Part shown: positions 8,161 through 18,510 of the stretch, in pieces | How positions within the stretch are numbered: the first letter of the stretch is position 1 | Layout: each line of letters opens with the position of its first letter | Source of the DNA: Caldisphaera sp. | GTDB taxonomy: Archaea; Thermoproteota; Thermoprotei_A; Sulfolobales; Acidilobaceae | Length of the DNA stretch: 64,000 nucleotides | Reading direction: 5' to 3' | Assembly (NCBI GenBank): GCA_049971805.1 | Contig: JBMFKU010000001.1 | Location: 50,675-114,674, forward strand | Translations under genes and position numbers: made by a program | Notes under the pieces: model-generated | Database searches by the model: none | Told to the model about the DNA's origin: nothing | The model's input: the letters and a program-made list of their open reading frames with translations, nothing else

Positions 8161-9342
8161 ATGAGCGCAAGATCAAGAGCATTAATATTTACGTCTATAG
8201 GACACTTCCTTAATGATAGCTTTCTGGTTACGTTTTCAATTCTAATAACATATTATCTAGACATGAAAATCTCACCATTATTTTTAGGAACTATGGGATC
8301 ATTGATTAGTATACTATCAGGTTTAACAAGTATATGGGTTGGTAGAGAGGCAGATAAAGAAGGTAATCATAATAGGTTAATGCTTGCAGGCTTCATTCTT
8401 ATTGGTCTATCAAGTCTTTTATATGCATCATCATTTTCTTACCATGAATTTACACTAACTTTAATAGCATTGGCATCTATATCATTAGGCATGGGCCTAT
8501 CATTTTATCACCCTCTAGGTGGTTCTATACTACAACATATATATGATATTAAAGAATCACCAAGAGCCTTAGGTATTAATGGATCCTTTGGTAGTATTGG
8601 TAGAGCAATATTTCCTGTAGTTTTAGTCTTTGTAATACATGCTTTGGGAGCTCCTCTCGGACTCTATTTAATTGGTATATATACTTTCATCTTATCTATA
8701 ATAATTTATAGCGGATTAAAGCCAATTAATATACAAGTTGAAATTAAAAATAATAATAAAGAATCAAACAAGGTTTCTTTATCATCTTTTTACTATGTCT
8801 TGATACCTTTAAGCATTGTGGTATTTTTAAGGGCTATGTTTATTTCAGGGGTTCAAACTTATGCACCTACATATTTAGAATTTCTATATAAATCAAAGTT
8901 ATTAATGAGCATAATATTAACTGTTTCCTATGCTACTGCAATATTTGGACAACCTTATTTCGGCCGTTTAACATCAAACATAGGAGGAAGAAGTGTTGTA
9001 TTTATAACTACAATATTTTCCACTCTCTTTTATATATTATTTTTATTTATTAAAAATGAAACATTATCTATAATAATGTTTGCAGTCTTTTCGTTTTTCG
9101 CTTTTAGTGGTTTCCCAAATTTGTTAGGTTATGTAGGTCAAATTGTTGATAAAAGTGTTTTTGCCCAAGCCAACTCATTGATTTGGGGGGTAAGTAATAC
9201 TATAGGAGGGGCTATTGGTATATTTTTAGGAGGCTATATTTTACAAATAATAGGATTAGAAAATACTATGATAACTTTCATGATATTAGCGTTAATCTCA
9301 ACTGCGCTATTACCAATAATTCCAAAAAAAAGGAAGAAATAA
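8161..9342 (+). CDS. MFS transporter
   Basis: About 12 hydrophobic segments; GHFLND, SFYHPLG, ALGINGSFGSIGR motifs. Confidence 0.85.
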   Translation: MSARSRALIFTSIGHFLNDSFLVTFSILITYYLDMKISPLFLGTMGSLISILSGLTSIWVGREADKEGNHNRLMLAGFILIGLSSLLYASSFSYHEFTLTLIALASISLGMGLSFYHPLGGSILQHIYDIKESPRALGINGSFGSIGRAIFPVVLVFVIHALGAPLGLYLIGIYTFILSIIIYSGLKPINIQVEIKNNNKESNKVSLSSFYYVLIPLSIVVFLRAMFISGVQTYAPTYLEFLYKSKLLMSIILTVSYATAIFGQPYFGRLTSNIGGRSVVFITTIFSTLFYILFLFIKNETLSIIMFAVFSFFAFSGFPNLLGYVGQIVDKSVFAQANSLIWGVSNTIGGAIGIFLGGYILQIIGLENTMITFMILALISTALLPIIPKKRKK

Positions 9343-9353
9343 AAATAAATAAA

Positions 9354-9815
9354 TTATGGCACAACTAATACATCTGCGCTCATTGACTTCCCTGCTACCT
9401 TGTTTGTAACGCTTCCCAATATTAGCCTTTCGAATCTTGACAATCTTCTTCTACCCAAGACTATCAAATCGCATCCATTTGATTCAGCATAATTTACTAT
9501 AGTATCACCGGGGTCTCCTGATAAAACATCAAACCTTATCTTATATCCTTGGGATTCCAATTTGCTGGCAATTTCTGAAAGCTTTTTTCTCGATGATTCC
9601 ATTATTGCCGCTGTATTAATCACATCGGGGCTTACTATTTCTCCTACTATAACAGAGGCAGGAGGAATAACTGTTACAATACATAATTCTGAATTAGACT
9701 CTTTAGATATCTCTAATGCCCTACTTAAAGCCCTTTCTCCACCCTCAGATCCATCATATCCCACTAAAATCTTCTTATACAAAATTTTCACACCAATACT
9801 ATAATAGAAATTCAT
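9354..9815 (-). CDS. Universal stress protein (UspA family)
   Basis: ILVGYDGSEGGERAL...DLIVLGRRRLSRFERLILGSVTNKV; true start probably slightly downstream of 9815. Confidence 0.9.
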   Translation of the reverse strand: MNFYYSIGVKILYKKILVGYDGSEGGERALSRALEISKESNSELCIVTVIPPASVIVGEIVSPDVINTAAIMESSRKKLSEIASKLESQGYKIRFDVLSGDPGDTIVNYAESNGCDLIVLGRRRLSRFERLILGSVTNKVAGKSMSADVLVVP

Positions 9816-9846
9816 ATATATAAATTTTCACACCAACAGTATAATT

Positions 9847-9904
9847 GCCCAATGAGGACCGCTGCAGGTGCGAATTGATGAGCTTGGCCTGTGTTACTGA
9901 GGGC
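9847..9904 (+). ncRNA. C/D-box sRNA (candidate 1)
   Basis: GCCC stem, box C ATGAGGA (9852-58), C' TTGATGA (9875-81), box D CTGA (9897-9900), GGGC stem; D' degenerate; GC-rich in an AT-rich intergenic region. Confidence 0.7.
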
Positions 9905-9920
9905 TATTTAATAATTAAGC

Positions 9921-9978
9921 AGCTGTGATGACGTCGATATCGTCTGAAATAAATGTAGAAAATATCCCCGTCTGAGCT
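9921..9978 (+). ncRNA. C/D-box sRNA (candidate 2)
   Basis: Box C GTGATGA (9925-31), 12-nt guide, D' CTGA (9944-47), C' ATGTAGA, 12-nt guide, D CTGA (9972-75), AGC/GCT terminal stem. Confidence 0.8.
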
Positions 9979-9979
9979 T

Positions 9980-10252
9980 TTATCCTAATTTTTCCACGAC
10001 TATAGTTAAATAACTGCTTTTTTTCCCTTTAACTTTTATAGAACCAATATCTGAAGAAACGATCTTTAATGATTCCCCTAGTCTGGCTTTCATTGCTTGG
10101 TAAACTTCGGCAACTTTGCAAATGTAATCACCAGAACCTGTTAATTCTATTTGTTTAGCTCCTTTATTAAGCTCTAAAATTGCTTGAAGTGCATAATCCT
10201 CAACAGGCTCTTTGCTGACTATAATTCTGGATCTTTCTTCCACAAACTTCAC
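9980..10252 (-). CDS. Alba-family chromatin protein paralogue
   Basis: IIVSKEPVEDYALQAILELNKGAKQIELTGSGDYICKVAEV...IGS...SYLTIVVEK parallels the Alba pattern (IGKKPVMNYV...IKARGRAISKAVDT). Confidence 0.7.
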   Translation of the reverse strand: MKFVEERSRIIVSKEPVEDYALQAILELNKGAKQIELTGSGDYICKVAEVYQAMKARLGESLKIVSSDIGSIKVKGKKSSYLTIVVEKLG

Positions 10253-10298
10253 CTATAATGTTATAATAATAAATAGCTTATTAAACATTGCTATTTAA

Positions 10299-13200
10299 TT
10301 AAGAACTCAAACAGCTATTTGTATTTCCTTTAAGTCTTTCAATAAAAATTTCATTATAAATCTTATTTATAAATTCTATAGGATTTAATCTATTGTTTTC
10401 AATTAAGTCAAGTTGCTCCTCTAATAATCTGCTACTCTCTTCTGTTAAAAGATCTTTAAATATTGAGCTCATGAGATCATTGTATATTTCTATGCCAGTT
10501 TTTGTTGGTATAATATATTTTTTCTTCTGGCTTTCTATTACATATCCATGTCTTATATTAGATTCTATAACTTTTGCATAAGTGCTTGGCCTTCCTATAT
10601 TTTTCTTTTTCATAAGCATTACTAAATCTCCATTTTTATACAATTCAATTGAACTACTTTTGTAATACAATACATTTTCTAAATCTATCTCATATTCATT
10701 ATTTAATTCCTTTTTAATCCAGTTTTCAATCTGAGGTTTAGTTATTAGTGAAAATCCTTCCTTTATTATATTTGTAATAAAATTTAATGACTGTTCAAGT
10801 TTTCCTATCTTAATGTTTACTTCTGCTTTTTCATATACTGAGGGTAACATTTGGCTTGCTATGAACCTTTCAAAGATCAATTGATATAATCTATAATGAA
10901 ATTGAGATAATTCAACTGGAACCTTTATGGATCTATCTAGTATAGCCTTTTCTAGATCTTGAGCTGACAATGGTCTAGTCGGCCTAATAGCTTCGTGAGC
11001 CCCCTCATCCCCCCAAGATCTAGGTTTAAAATATTGAGACAAACCTATATTATCTAAATACATCTTGGCTATTTGTATGCCAATTTGAGAAATTCTAGTT
11101 GAATCTGTTCTATGATAAGTTATTAAGCCCGAATAAAACAAATCTTGTGCGAGTTTCATGGTAAACTGGGCTGTAAATCCAAATTTTAAACTTGCATCAT
11201 ATATAAGAGAATCAGTTGTATATGGAGGTAAAGGATTGACTTCTTCGTTCCATATCTTGGTTGTTTTTATAATAGCTTTCTTTTCTTTAGATGCATTATC
11301 TGCTATCTCTTTATCTTTTGTAAAATAATATATATAGCTACCGCTTGGTAATCTAACCTTTAATTTATAGCCCATGCCATTTTTGTATTGGTTGTATCTA
11401 TCTATAACCCAGCCTAAAACTGGGGTTTGTACTCTACCTGCACCCAACCACAACTTGCTATATTTTGATTGTAAGTATTTGCTAGTAGAAAAACCTATCC
11501 ACCTATCATCTATTCTCCTAGAAATTTGGGCATCAACTAACCCTTTTTGTATATTTCCAGGATTTCTTAGTGCTTCCATAACAGCATTTAAAGTAACTTC
11601 ATGAAATGCACTTCTAGAAATATTTTTGTTGTATGGCTTTAAAGCCAAAAATAGATCCCATGAAATCTTTTCACCTTCCCTGTCTGGATCTGTCATTATT
11701 AATATTTTGTCAACTTCAGTTGCCAATTTTTTTATGGTTTGCAATATTGATTCTGAGGTTACTATAGCATTAGACCCGCACCTAGGGCACTTATCTGTAT
11801 CTTGGGTAAATTGATATCCACATTTTAAGCATCTTTTTATTGAAGTATAAATTGGACTTATAGATGAATCAAACATTTTTATCCCATAACATGAGTTATT
11901 GTCGTCTACGGCCAGTTCATATACATGGCCCTTTGATGCAGTTATTGTTAAAAGAAAAACGGTATTTGTTTGGGGATCTACGGTTGTTGTTTCATATATG
12001 TTCAAATTACCCTCCCTTCTTCTCGCAGGTCTACCCCAAAAATTTGCTATTGTTCTTGCCTTTGTCGGGCTCTCAACAATTATCAATTCGCTTACAATAT
12101 TTACCATGTTTCCTCCTTCAATTCTCCTAGTTTCTTCTATTTCTTTTATTACATTGTTTAAATCTAAATCTTTAAAATCTGTAAAATTGCTCATGCTTAT
12201 CCATTTTAATCTATCTTTGATACCTTCCACTAGCTCTGGAATATTATCAATTATAACGGACAATCCTTTTGTCATATGACTATAATATAATCTACTCGTC
12301 CTCCCGCTTGCTTGCAAATATGTAGGGGCATCTGGGGAATAAAGATATAGATTTCCGTTTTCATTGCTTATTACAACTGTTCCAATTTTCAGTCTATCTC
12401 CATTATTAGGTATCAAATTTAGAACAGCATTATAGACTCTGTCAATAGAAGAATCGATTAACTCTTTGAGCGTTTTTAATATACCCTTTGCTTCCATCTC
12501 TCCTTTTAATACTGCTACAACTATGGGGGATTGCTCGCTGTACTTAGATACAAAGCTTTCAAGACTTTTTCTTAAGCTATTAAAGCTCTTATCTTTTTCT
12601 TCTAAAAACATAACAATTCTGAGTAATCTTTGGGGTGAAAGCATTGCTGTCTTTAACTCTAGCTTTCTAGATGGCGTACCAATAAATATTGCATATCTTA
12701 TTATTTCCGGTAGATCAATTCCCCTAACTATAGTCCCATATCTGCTAGCAAGACCAATTACTATATCTGCCTGTCCTTTTTCAAGTTTTTCTATAGCTTT
12801 TCTAGAATTTGTTATAGCCTGAACTACTTTAATTCCTTTATTATTTAATCTTTCTACCAAAGGCTTTGCTAATTTTTTTCCATAGCTCTGGGAAATAAAT
12901 ATTAATCCTCCCTTACCCAATCTTTCTATTAAATTTATTGTTTCTTCAATTACATTATTAGTAATCAGATAAGAATCTACTACATTTCGTAAATAATCTG
13001 TACCACCGCCTATTTCAAACCCTAGAAGTTCCCTGAATACCAGGTGTTTTATTCCCTTTGGTCTACCAGTTGCTGATGCTATAACTAGTTGACCCCTTTC
13101 TGCTTCTTCATTTGTAGAAGTTATTAAATTAACCTGCAAATTTGCTATTTCTTCTTCTAATTGCTTTCTTTTTTCTTCTCTTTTATTTGATAATGCTATA

Positions 13201-14003
13201 GTATAGTCAATTTTTTTCGTAACTAATTTATATGCAGTTTCAACAGAACCTTCATTAAATCCTAATAAAATTAATACTCTATCAATGTTTTTGCTATTCC
13301 TTAAAAGGCTATCAACATCATCAACTATTATTAATTCATATGGAGAATATCTTTTTAATAGATCAAACTTTTTTATTAAATATCCTGGAGTTATTATTAA
13401 TATTTTATAATCGCCTTCATTAATTCTAGATGTCATAAATTCCTTATCACTTTTTTGCATTGAGGAATAATAATAAGCAACTCCATCGTTTAAAAAGCTA
13501 GAAAACTTTCTAGCAGTTTGTACAACAAGATTCTCTGTTGGAGTTAAATACAAAATCTTTCCTTTGCTATTAATGGCCCTATAGGCGGCGTATGATATGA
13601 GGAGAGTTGTTTTTCCAACTCCTGTTGGAGCTACTATGGAAAAGCTTTCTGGATATAATAATCTCCTAGCCCAGCTTTTTTGCGCACTTGAAAGATTAAA
13701 ACTAGTTTTATCTTCAAAAAATTTACTGAAATCTTTATATGATAATTCTAAATAATAAAGCCATGCATATCCGCTTAACTTATTGTTTTTCTTTAAAATA
13801 TCACCAATTATAATTGGATCGTTTTCATCCACTTCTTTTTCTAGGCAAGTATTGCATGGCAAACCTTTCTCTAATCTATTTGAACTTATTTCTCTGCCGC
13901 AATTGGGACACAGATGCCTAAATATTGGATTAAGAGACACTAGCAACCGCCTGAGGGCCATCCTCGGTTTAAACGCTTTTAAGCATCTAAAGTTATTAAG
14001 CAT
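10299..14003 (-). CDS. rgy: Reverse gyrase
   Basis: N-terminal Zn finger CPNCG...PCNTC, helicase motifs APTGVGKT, DDVD and QASGRTSR, TOPRIM ESPTKA, second Zn finger, GLITYHRTDS active-site Tyr. True start probably near 13960 or 13941. Confidence 0.97.
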   Translation of the reverse strand: MLNNFRCLKAFKPRMALRRLLVSLNPIFRHLCPNCGREISSNRLEKGLPCNTCLEKEVDENDPIIIGDILKKNNKLSGYAWLYYLELSYKDFSKFFEDKTSFNLSSAQKSWARRLLYPESFSIVAPTGVGKTTLLISYAAYRAINSKGKILYLTPTENLVVQTARKFSSFLNDGVAYYYSSMQKSDKEFMTSRINEGDYKILIITPGYLIKKFDLLKRYSPYELIIVDDVDSLLRNSKNIDRVLILLGFNEGSVETAYKLVTKKIDYTIALSNKREEKRKQLEEEIANLQVNLITSTNEEAERGQLVIASATGRPKGIKHLVFRELLGFEIGGGTDYLRNVVDSYLITNNVIEETINLIERLGKGGLIFISQSYGKKLAKPLVERLNNKGIKVVQAITNSRKAIEKLEKGQADIVIGLASRYGTIVRGIDLPEIIRYAIFIGTPSRKLELKTAMLSPQRLLRIVMFLEEKDKSFNSLRKSLESFVSKYSEQSPIVVAVLKGEMEAKGILKTLKELIDSSIDRVYNAVLNLIPNNGDRLKIGTVVISNENGNLYLYSPDAPTYLQASGRTSRLYYSHMTKGLSVIIDNIPELVEGIKDRLKWISMSNFTDFKDLDLNNVIKEIEETRRIEGGNMVNIVSELIIVESPTKARTIANFWGRPARRREGNLNIYETTTVDPQTNTVFLLTITASKGHVYELAVDDNNSCYGIKMFDSSISPIYTSIKRCLKCGYQFTQDTDKCPRCGSNAIVTSESILQTIKKLATEVDKILIMTDPDREGEKISWDLFLALKPYNKNISRSAFHEVTLNAVMEALRNPGNIQKGLVDAQISRRIDDRWIGFSTSKYLQSKYSKLWLGAGRVQTPVLGWVIDRYNQYKNGMGYKLKVRLPSGSYIYYFTKDKEIADNASKEKKAIIKTTKIWNEEVNPLPPYTTDSLIYDASLKFGFTAQFTMKLAQDLFYSGLITYHRTDSTRISQIGIQIAKMYLDNIGLSQYFKPRSWGDEGAHEAIRPTRPLSAQDLEKAILDRSIKVPVELSQFHYRLYQLIFERFIASQMLPSVYEKAEVNIKIGKLEQSLNFITNIIKEGFSLITKPQIENWIKKELNNEYEIDLENVLYYKSSSIELYKNGDLVMLMKKKNIGRPSTYAKVIESNIRHGYVIESQKKKYIIPTKTGIEIYNDLMSSIFKDLLTEESSRLLEEQLDLIENNRLNPIEFINKIYNEIFIERLKGNTNSCLSS

Positions 14004-14082
14004 TAAAGCTTAAATATGATCATTATCTTAAATAATAAAATTAGAATAAGAATTTAAAAATAAAAAATTATTAAGATAGATT

Positions 14083-16941
14083 TTATGGTTTTTCCCACCA
14101 CCAAAACTCTGATTCTAAACCATTAGTGAACGATGGATTTGATTGCCAAGTCATGCTATTCTGGAACGAATTCATGTATGATCCTAATATCCATGCTTTG
14201 CTTGGAACAACAACATACACCATTATGTAAAGGTCTATAGCCTGTTGTTGTGTTTCGCGTATTATACTAGTGGCATTTGCCCATCCTTGTTCATCAGCTA
14301 AATCAGCTTCATTTATCATATCATTTAGTTGCTTGAATTGTTGGGATTCTTGCCAAATTAAAGCACCAACATATTTATTGCCAGTTGAATTAAATTGTGA
14401 TGAGAGTTGCTCTAAATAGGTAACATTCCATCCATCGGGTCCTCCATAAACTCCTCCTTCTTGATACATAAATGGTAGCCAATACCATGCTAATGGTATC
14501 CCATTCCAATCAAGATAATAAACTGGCATGGGATTAGCTCCAGGAACCATATAGCTTATTATTGTTGAAAACGGCATGTATAATGGAATTGCAGTTATAT
14601 ATGGATCCATTTCATGTAAGTTCTGTGCCCACATTTCTGCTGCTGTGAAATCAACAGTATCACCGCTTGATACAATTATTGGGAAGTTAACGCTTATATT
14701 ATAGAAGCCTGATTCTTCCATTAATTGTTTAGCATATGTCAAGTTAAATGTTGGGCAATTATTTAATTCTGATGGCGGAACAGGATAATCCATACCTTGC
14801 AATAATATACCGCACCATGGTTGACCTAAATTCATATGATATTTCGCATTTCCTAGTATATCATTTATATATTCTGTATAGTTAAATGCATATGCAAATG
14901 CCTCTCTAACTAATGGATTTGCAAAATAATAGCTTGGTATATTATAGCTTGGATTTATCTCTTTCAATAATGTTTCGCTTATATTTAAATTAAATGAAAA
15001 CCACCATTCATTTAATGACGGTTCACTATATATTTTTATTTTTCCTTGGCTTTCTAATTGCTGTAATGTTGGTATATATGGTGAAAATGAGCTTTTTGGA
15101 AAAGTAACTATGTCTGCTTCACCGCTTGCAAGCATATTTAATGCTGTTGTTGGATCTTTAACCCAATCAACAATAACAGTATCGTTAGGTCTTGGGAAAT
15201 AAGTTATATTATTAGGCCAGTATGGATTTGGTTTCAATACGACGCTTTGTCCAGGAGTATATGATGCTATGAAATAAGGACCAGTAAATCCTGCATTTGA
15301 AGAAGGCCATTGAACTTGAGTATTATAGTTTCCAACAATACATGTTTGCTGATATTGATAAAATGATTGAGCTAGTTGAGTATAGTTGCCATCATACAAC
15401 CCGGTTAGGTTTAATCCATCATTAACCTGATTTAACCATTTGGCATCCATTACGTAATCAAAAGTGGTCATCATGTTAAAGAAAAACTCTGGACTTACAG
15501 ATTGTATTAAGTTGAAAGTAATTGTGTTTGTCTGGTTATTATATGATACTGAATTGATTATTTCTTTAGCTCCTAATGAATCATTTGGTGATGTGACAAT
15601 AAATGAAAACATTGTATAATTAGGTACAGTAAATGGAGCCAAGTTGGTTCCACTGCCAGAAGGTACGCCACCAGCACATACTAACATTCTTATCATTGTA
15701 TACCATACATCATAAGCTGTTATAGGGTCCCCATTTGATGCTTTTAATCCTGGTCTTATCTTAAATATGTAAATCGTGTAATTTGGTGATATAGCTCCAT
15801 ATTTGTACCTATTAGTAACATTGCTCCAATTTCCAACTGTTGGTATGTATTCTGCAAGCATAGGTATAAATTGTGTTGTGCTTGATTGATAATACCAAAC
15901 CAAAGAGCCATATATATTGTTTATAATTTCATTACTGACTGTATCTGGGAATAGAGATGGGTCAAATGTAAATGGTCCTCCAGGAACAACTTCAGCATCA
16001 ACTATTACTCCAGGATTAGGTATGCTGGATTGTATAGAATATAAATTAAATTGCATGTTTTCTGATGAAACTGCTACTGTATGGTAGACTGTGTAATTAT
16101 AAGTTTTACCAGATGAAATGTTTTCTGTAACAATTGTTAAGCTTATTGGATATAATCCTGGTGTGTTAAATGAAACTGTTATTGGATTTTTAACAGGTTC
16201 TATATAGCTAATGTTTCCGGATCTAGTTAAGAAAACCTGCTCAGCATAGCCAGTTGAATTTCTTGCAGGTAAAGTGATTTTTGTGCCATTACCAAATGAT
16301 ATTATGTACTCCTTTATTGTTATGTTATTTCCAGAAGGAGGTTGGAGGAAGCCCAAAGACAAATTAAATGGCTGATTAATTGCAATTACAGGACCTTTAT
16401 TAATTGCAATTACAGGAACAGTTATATAATTGGATTCATTGAAGCTTATATATGGTGTTACTACAATTTCTATTAGGTTATTAGATGAAGAACCAATCAA
16501 GTTTCCTTGACTATATATGTTATAATAGACCAAGTATGAGCCAGGATAATTAAATGTTAAATTAAAATATTGATTTGTTACATTAATTATTTTACCTGAT
16601 CCATCATATACCAAGGCGTAATATCCCGGTTTAAAGTTAGGTATTGATACCTCTAATGGTTGACCAGCTAATGCTGAATAACTTTCAGGTATTAGGGGTT
16701 GCAAAGATTGCAAGGTTGTTGTAGAAGTAGTTGTAAATGTAGAAGTAGAAGTAGTTGTAAATGTAGAAGTAGAAGTAGTTGTAGATATACTTTGAGTGCT
16801 TGTAGTTGTAGAAGTAGAAGTTTGCGGCTTCTTTGAATTATAATAGACTAATGAAGCACCTGCAATTACAACTATAACAACAACTATTACAGCCAATACA
16901 GATTTAGATAAATTTCTATTTCTAAAAATTATTCTATCCAT
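14083..16941 (-). CDS. ABC transporter substrate-binding protein (family 5, peptide/nickel type) with Thr/Ser linker and extra N-terminal beta domain
   Basis: N-terminal TM anchor, Thr/Ser tract, then TFDP, YIFKIRPGLKASNGDPITAYDVWY, FTGPYFI, NPLVREAFAYAFNY. Confidence 0.85.
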   Translation of the reverse strand: MDRIIFRNRNLSKSVLAVIVVVIVVIAGASLVYYNSKKPQTSTSTTTSTQSISTTTSTSTFTTTSTSTFTTTSTTTLQSLQPLIPESYSALAGQPLEVSIPNFKPGYYALVYDGSGKIINVTNQYFNLTFNYPGSYLVYYNIYSQGNLIGSSSNNLIEIVVTPYISFNESNYITVPVIAINKGPVIAINQPFNLSLGFLQPPSGNNITIKEYIISFGNGTKITLPARNSTGYAEQVFLTRSGNISYIEPVKNPITVSFNTPGLYPISLTIVTENISSGKTYNYTVYHTVAVSSENMQFNLYSIQSSIPNPGVIVDAEVVPGGPFTFDPSLFPDTVSNEIINNIYGSLVWYYQSSTTQFIPMLAEYIPTVGNWSNVTNRYKYGAISPNYTIYIFKIRPGLKASNGDPITAYDVWYTMIRMLVCAGGVPSGSGTNLAPFTVPNYTMFSFIVTSPNDSLGAKEIINSVSYNNQTNTITFNLIQSVSPEFFFNMMTTFDYVMDAKWLNQVNDGLNLTGLYDGNYTQLAQSFYQYQQTCIVGNYNTQVQWPSSNAGFTGPYFIASYTPGQSVVLKPNPYWPNNITYFPRPNDTVIVDWVKDPTTALNMLASGEADIVTFPKSSFSPYIPTLQQLESQGKIKIYSEPSLNEWWFSFNLNISETLLKEINPSYNIPSYYFANPLVREAFAYAFNYTEYINDILGNAKYHMNLGQPWCGILLQGMDYPVPPSELNNCPTFNLTYAKQLMEESGFYNISVNFPIIVSSGDTVDFTAAEMWAQNLHEMDPYITAIPLYMPFSTIISYMVPGANPMPVYYLDWNGIPLAWYWLPFMYQEGGVYGGPDGWNVTYLEQLSSQFNSTGNKYVGALIWQESQQFKQLNDMINEADLADEQGWANATSIIRETQQQAIDLYIMVYVVVPSKAWILGSYMNSFQNSMTWQSNPSFTNGLESEFWWWEKP
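16721..16783. repeat. 24-bp coding tandem repeat (about 2.6 copies) encoding the Thr/Ser linker
   Basis: GTAGAAGTAGTTGTAAATGTAGAA at 16721 and 16745, partial at 16769. Confidence 0.9.
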
Positions 16942-17066
16942 TTTCCCACCATAGGTCTAACAAAAAATAGAATATTTAGTGGTATTTATACTTTTCCTTT
17001 TAAATACATATAATTATTAAAATAGTTTTTTTGGTAGGATTAAAATTATTCATTTAATATTGTATA

Positions 17067-18332
17067 CTATAGTTTATTCTTATATATTTCCCCTTCTTTA
17101 ATCACTAATTTAACATTTTCAGTATTTGTTAAAAGATTTATATTGCTTAAAGGATCACCATCTATAACTATTATATCGGCAAAACTTCCCTTCTTTATTT
17201 CTCCCACCTTACCTTTTAATCCTGCAGCTTCAGCAGCATTTACTGTTGCAGCTTTTATCACCTCTAATGGAGACATATTAACTTTTTCATACAATAATTT
17301 AAGTTCCATAGAGTTTGTTCCCATTTTTCCCACACCACCATCAAAATCCGTTCCAGTTGCTATTTTCGCCCCTTGTTTATGAATTGTTTTAACAGCTTCT
17401 ATGTGTTGATTATAAACTTCAGCTGTTTTCTTTAATCCCCATTCTGGAACTCCCAATTTTTCTCCTTCATCAATTAGCTTTTGAACTATTGAAAGGGTTG
17501 GTACAACAACCGCATCTTTTTCTTTTGCAAGCTCTGTGGCTTCTTCATCCATATATATTGCATGTGCTATTACCTTAACCCCAGCATTTAAGGAATTCAT
17601 AATACCCACCTTACCTTGGGCATGTGCATGAACCCATCTACCAGTTGCATTTGCTTCATCAACTATCGCTTTCAATTCTTCTAATGTAAATTGCCTATGT
17701 TCTGGCCTATCTTTTTGAGATAAAACACCTCCAGTTGCCATTACTTTTATAAAATCTGCACCTTCTCTCATAGCATATCTTGCTGCCTTTCTGCACTCAT
17801 CTTCTCCATCGCATATAAGAGACATAAATGGAGACAATTTTTTAGAAGTTCTGAAGTCAACGTATTCAACTGGCATATAATGAGTATCTGCATGACCAAA
17901 GGTTTGGCTTAAAGGTAGACCAGATGCAACAATCCTTGGTCCAGGAATTGTTTTTTCTTTAACTGCATCTCTTAAATGTAAGGCTATATAGCTTCCAGCA
18001 TCTACAACTGTAGTAAATCCTGCATCTATTAGGGATTCAAGATCTTTTACTGCACGGGCAAAGAAAACACCTATGGGTGTGATAAGTCCTTCTTCTATTT
18101 TTCCAGATCTTTGCCCTGTAATATGTAAGTGGGCATCTATTAGCCCAGGCATAGCGGTTTTACCATTACATTCAATTATTTTGGCAGAATTCGGTATCTC
18201 TACATATCCTCTGGAACCATAATCTTTAATTAATCCATCTTGTATTAATATTACGCCTTTCTCAGAAACAACACCATTTTGAGGATCTAGGATCCTTACG
18301 TTACTAAGGGCAAACAAATTTGTTTCGCTCAT
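17067..18332 (-). CDS. Metal-dependent amidohydrolase (prolidase-like)
   Basis: PGLIDAHLH, GADFIKVMATGG, HAHA, IAHA, ATGTDF, FADIIVIDGDPL. Confidence 0.9.
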   Translation of the reverse strand: MSETNLFALSNVRILDPQNGVVSEKGVILIQDGLIKDYGSRGYVEIPNSAKIIECNGKTAMPGLIDAHLHITGQRSGKIEEGLITPIGVFFARAVKDLESLIDAGFTTVVDAGSYIALHLRDAVKEKTIPGPRIVASGLPLSQTFGHADTHYMPVEYVDFRTSKKLSPFMSLICDGEDECRKAARYAMREGADFIKVMATGGVLSQKDRPEHRQFTLEELKAIVDEANATGRWVHAHAQGKVGIMNSLNAGVKVIAHAIYMDEEATELAKEKDAVVVPTLSIVQKLIDEGEKLGVPEWGLKKTAEVYNQHIEAVKTIHKQGAKIATGTDFDGGVGKMGTNSMELKLLYEKVNMSPLEVIKAATVNAAEAAGLKGKVGEIKKGSFADIIVIDGDPLSNINLLTNTENVKLVIKEGEIYKNKL

Positions 18333-18510
18333 ATTGGGTCACAAAAAGAAAAGTAATTAATCCTACTTTTAAATTTTTCCTTTTTTTCCCACATCAATAC
18401 TAGTATTTACTTATGTATGCAATATTAATTAATTTGAATAACTAATATAAACTAATAGGATATTTTATTTTTAAATTAATCAAAAACTAAGCTTTATTTT
18501 CTTAAAAAAG

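Noticed and set aside
13935-13975. GC-rich imperfect palindrome at the reverse gyrase 5' end
   Set aside because: No complete C/D or H/ACA box set; it may simply be coding or leader sequence.
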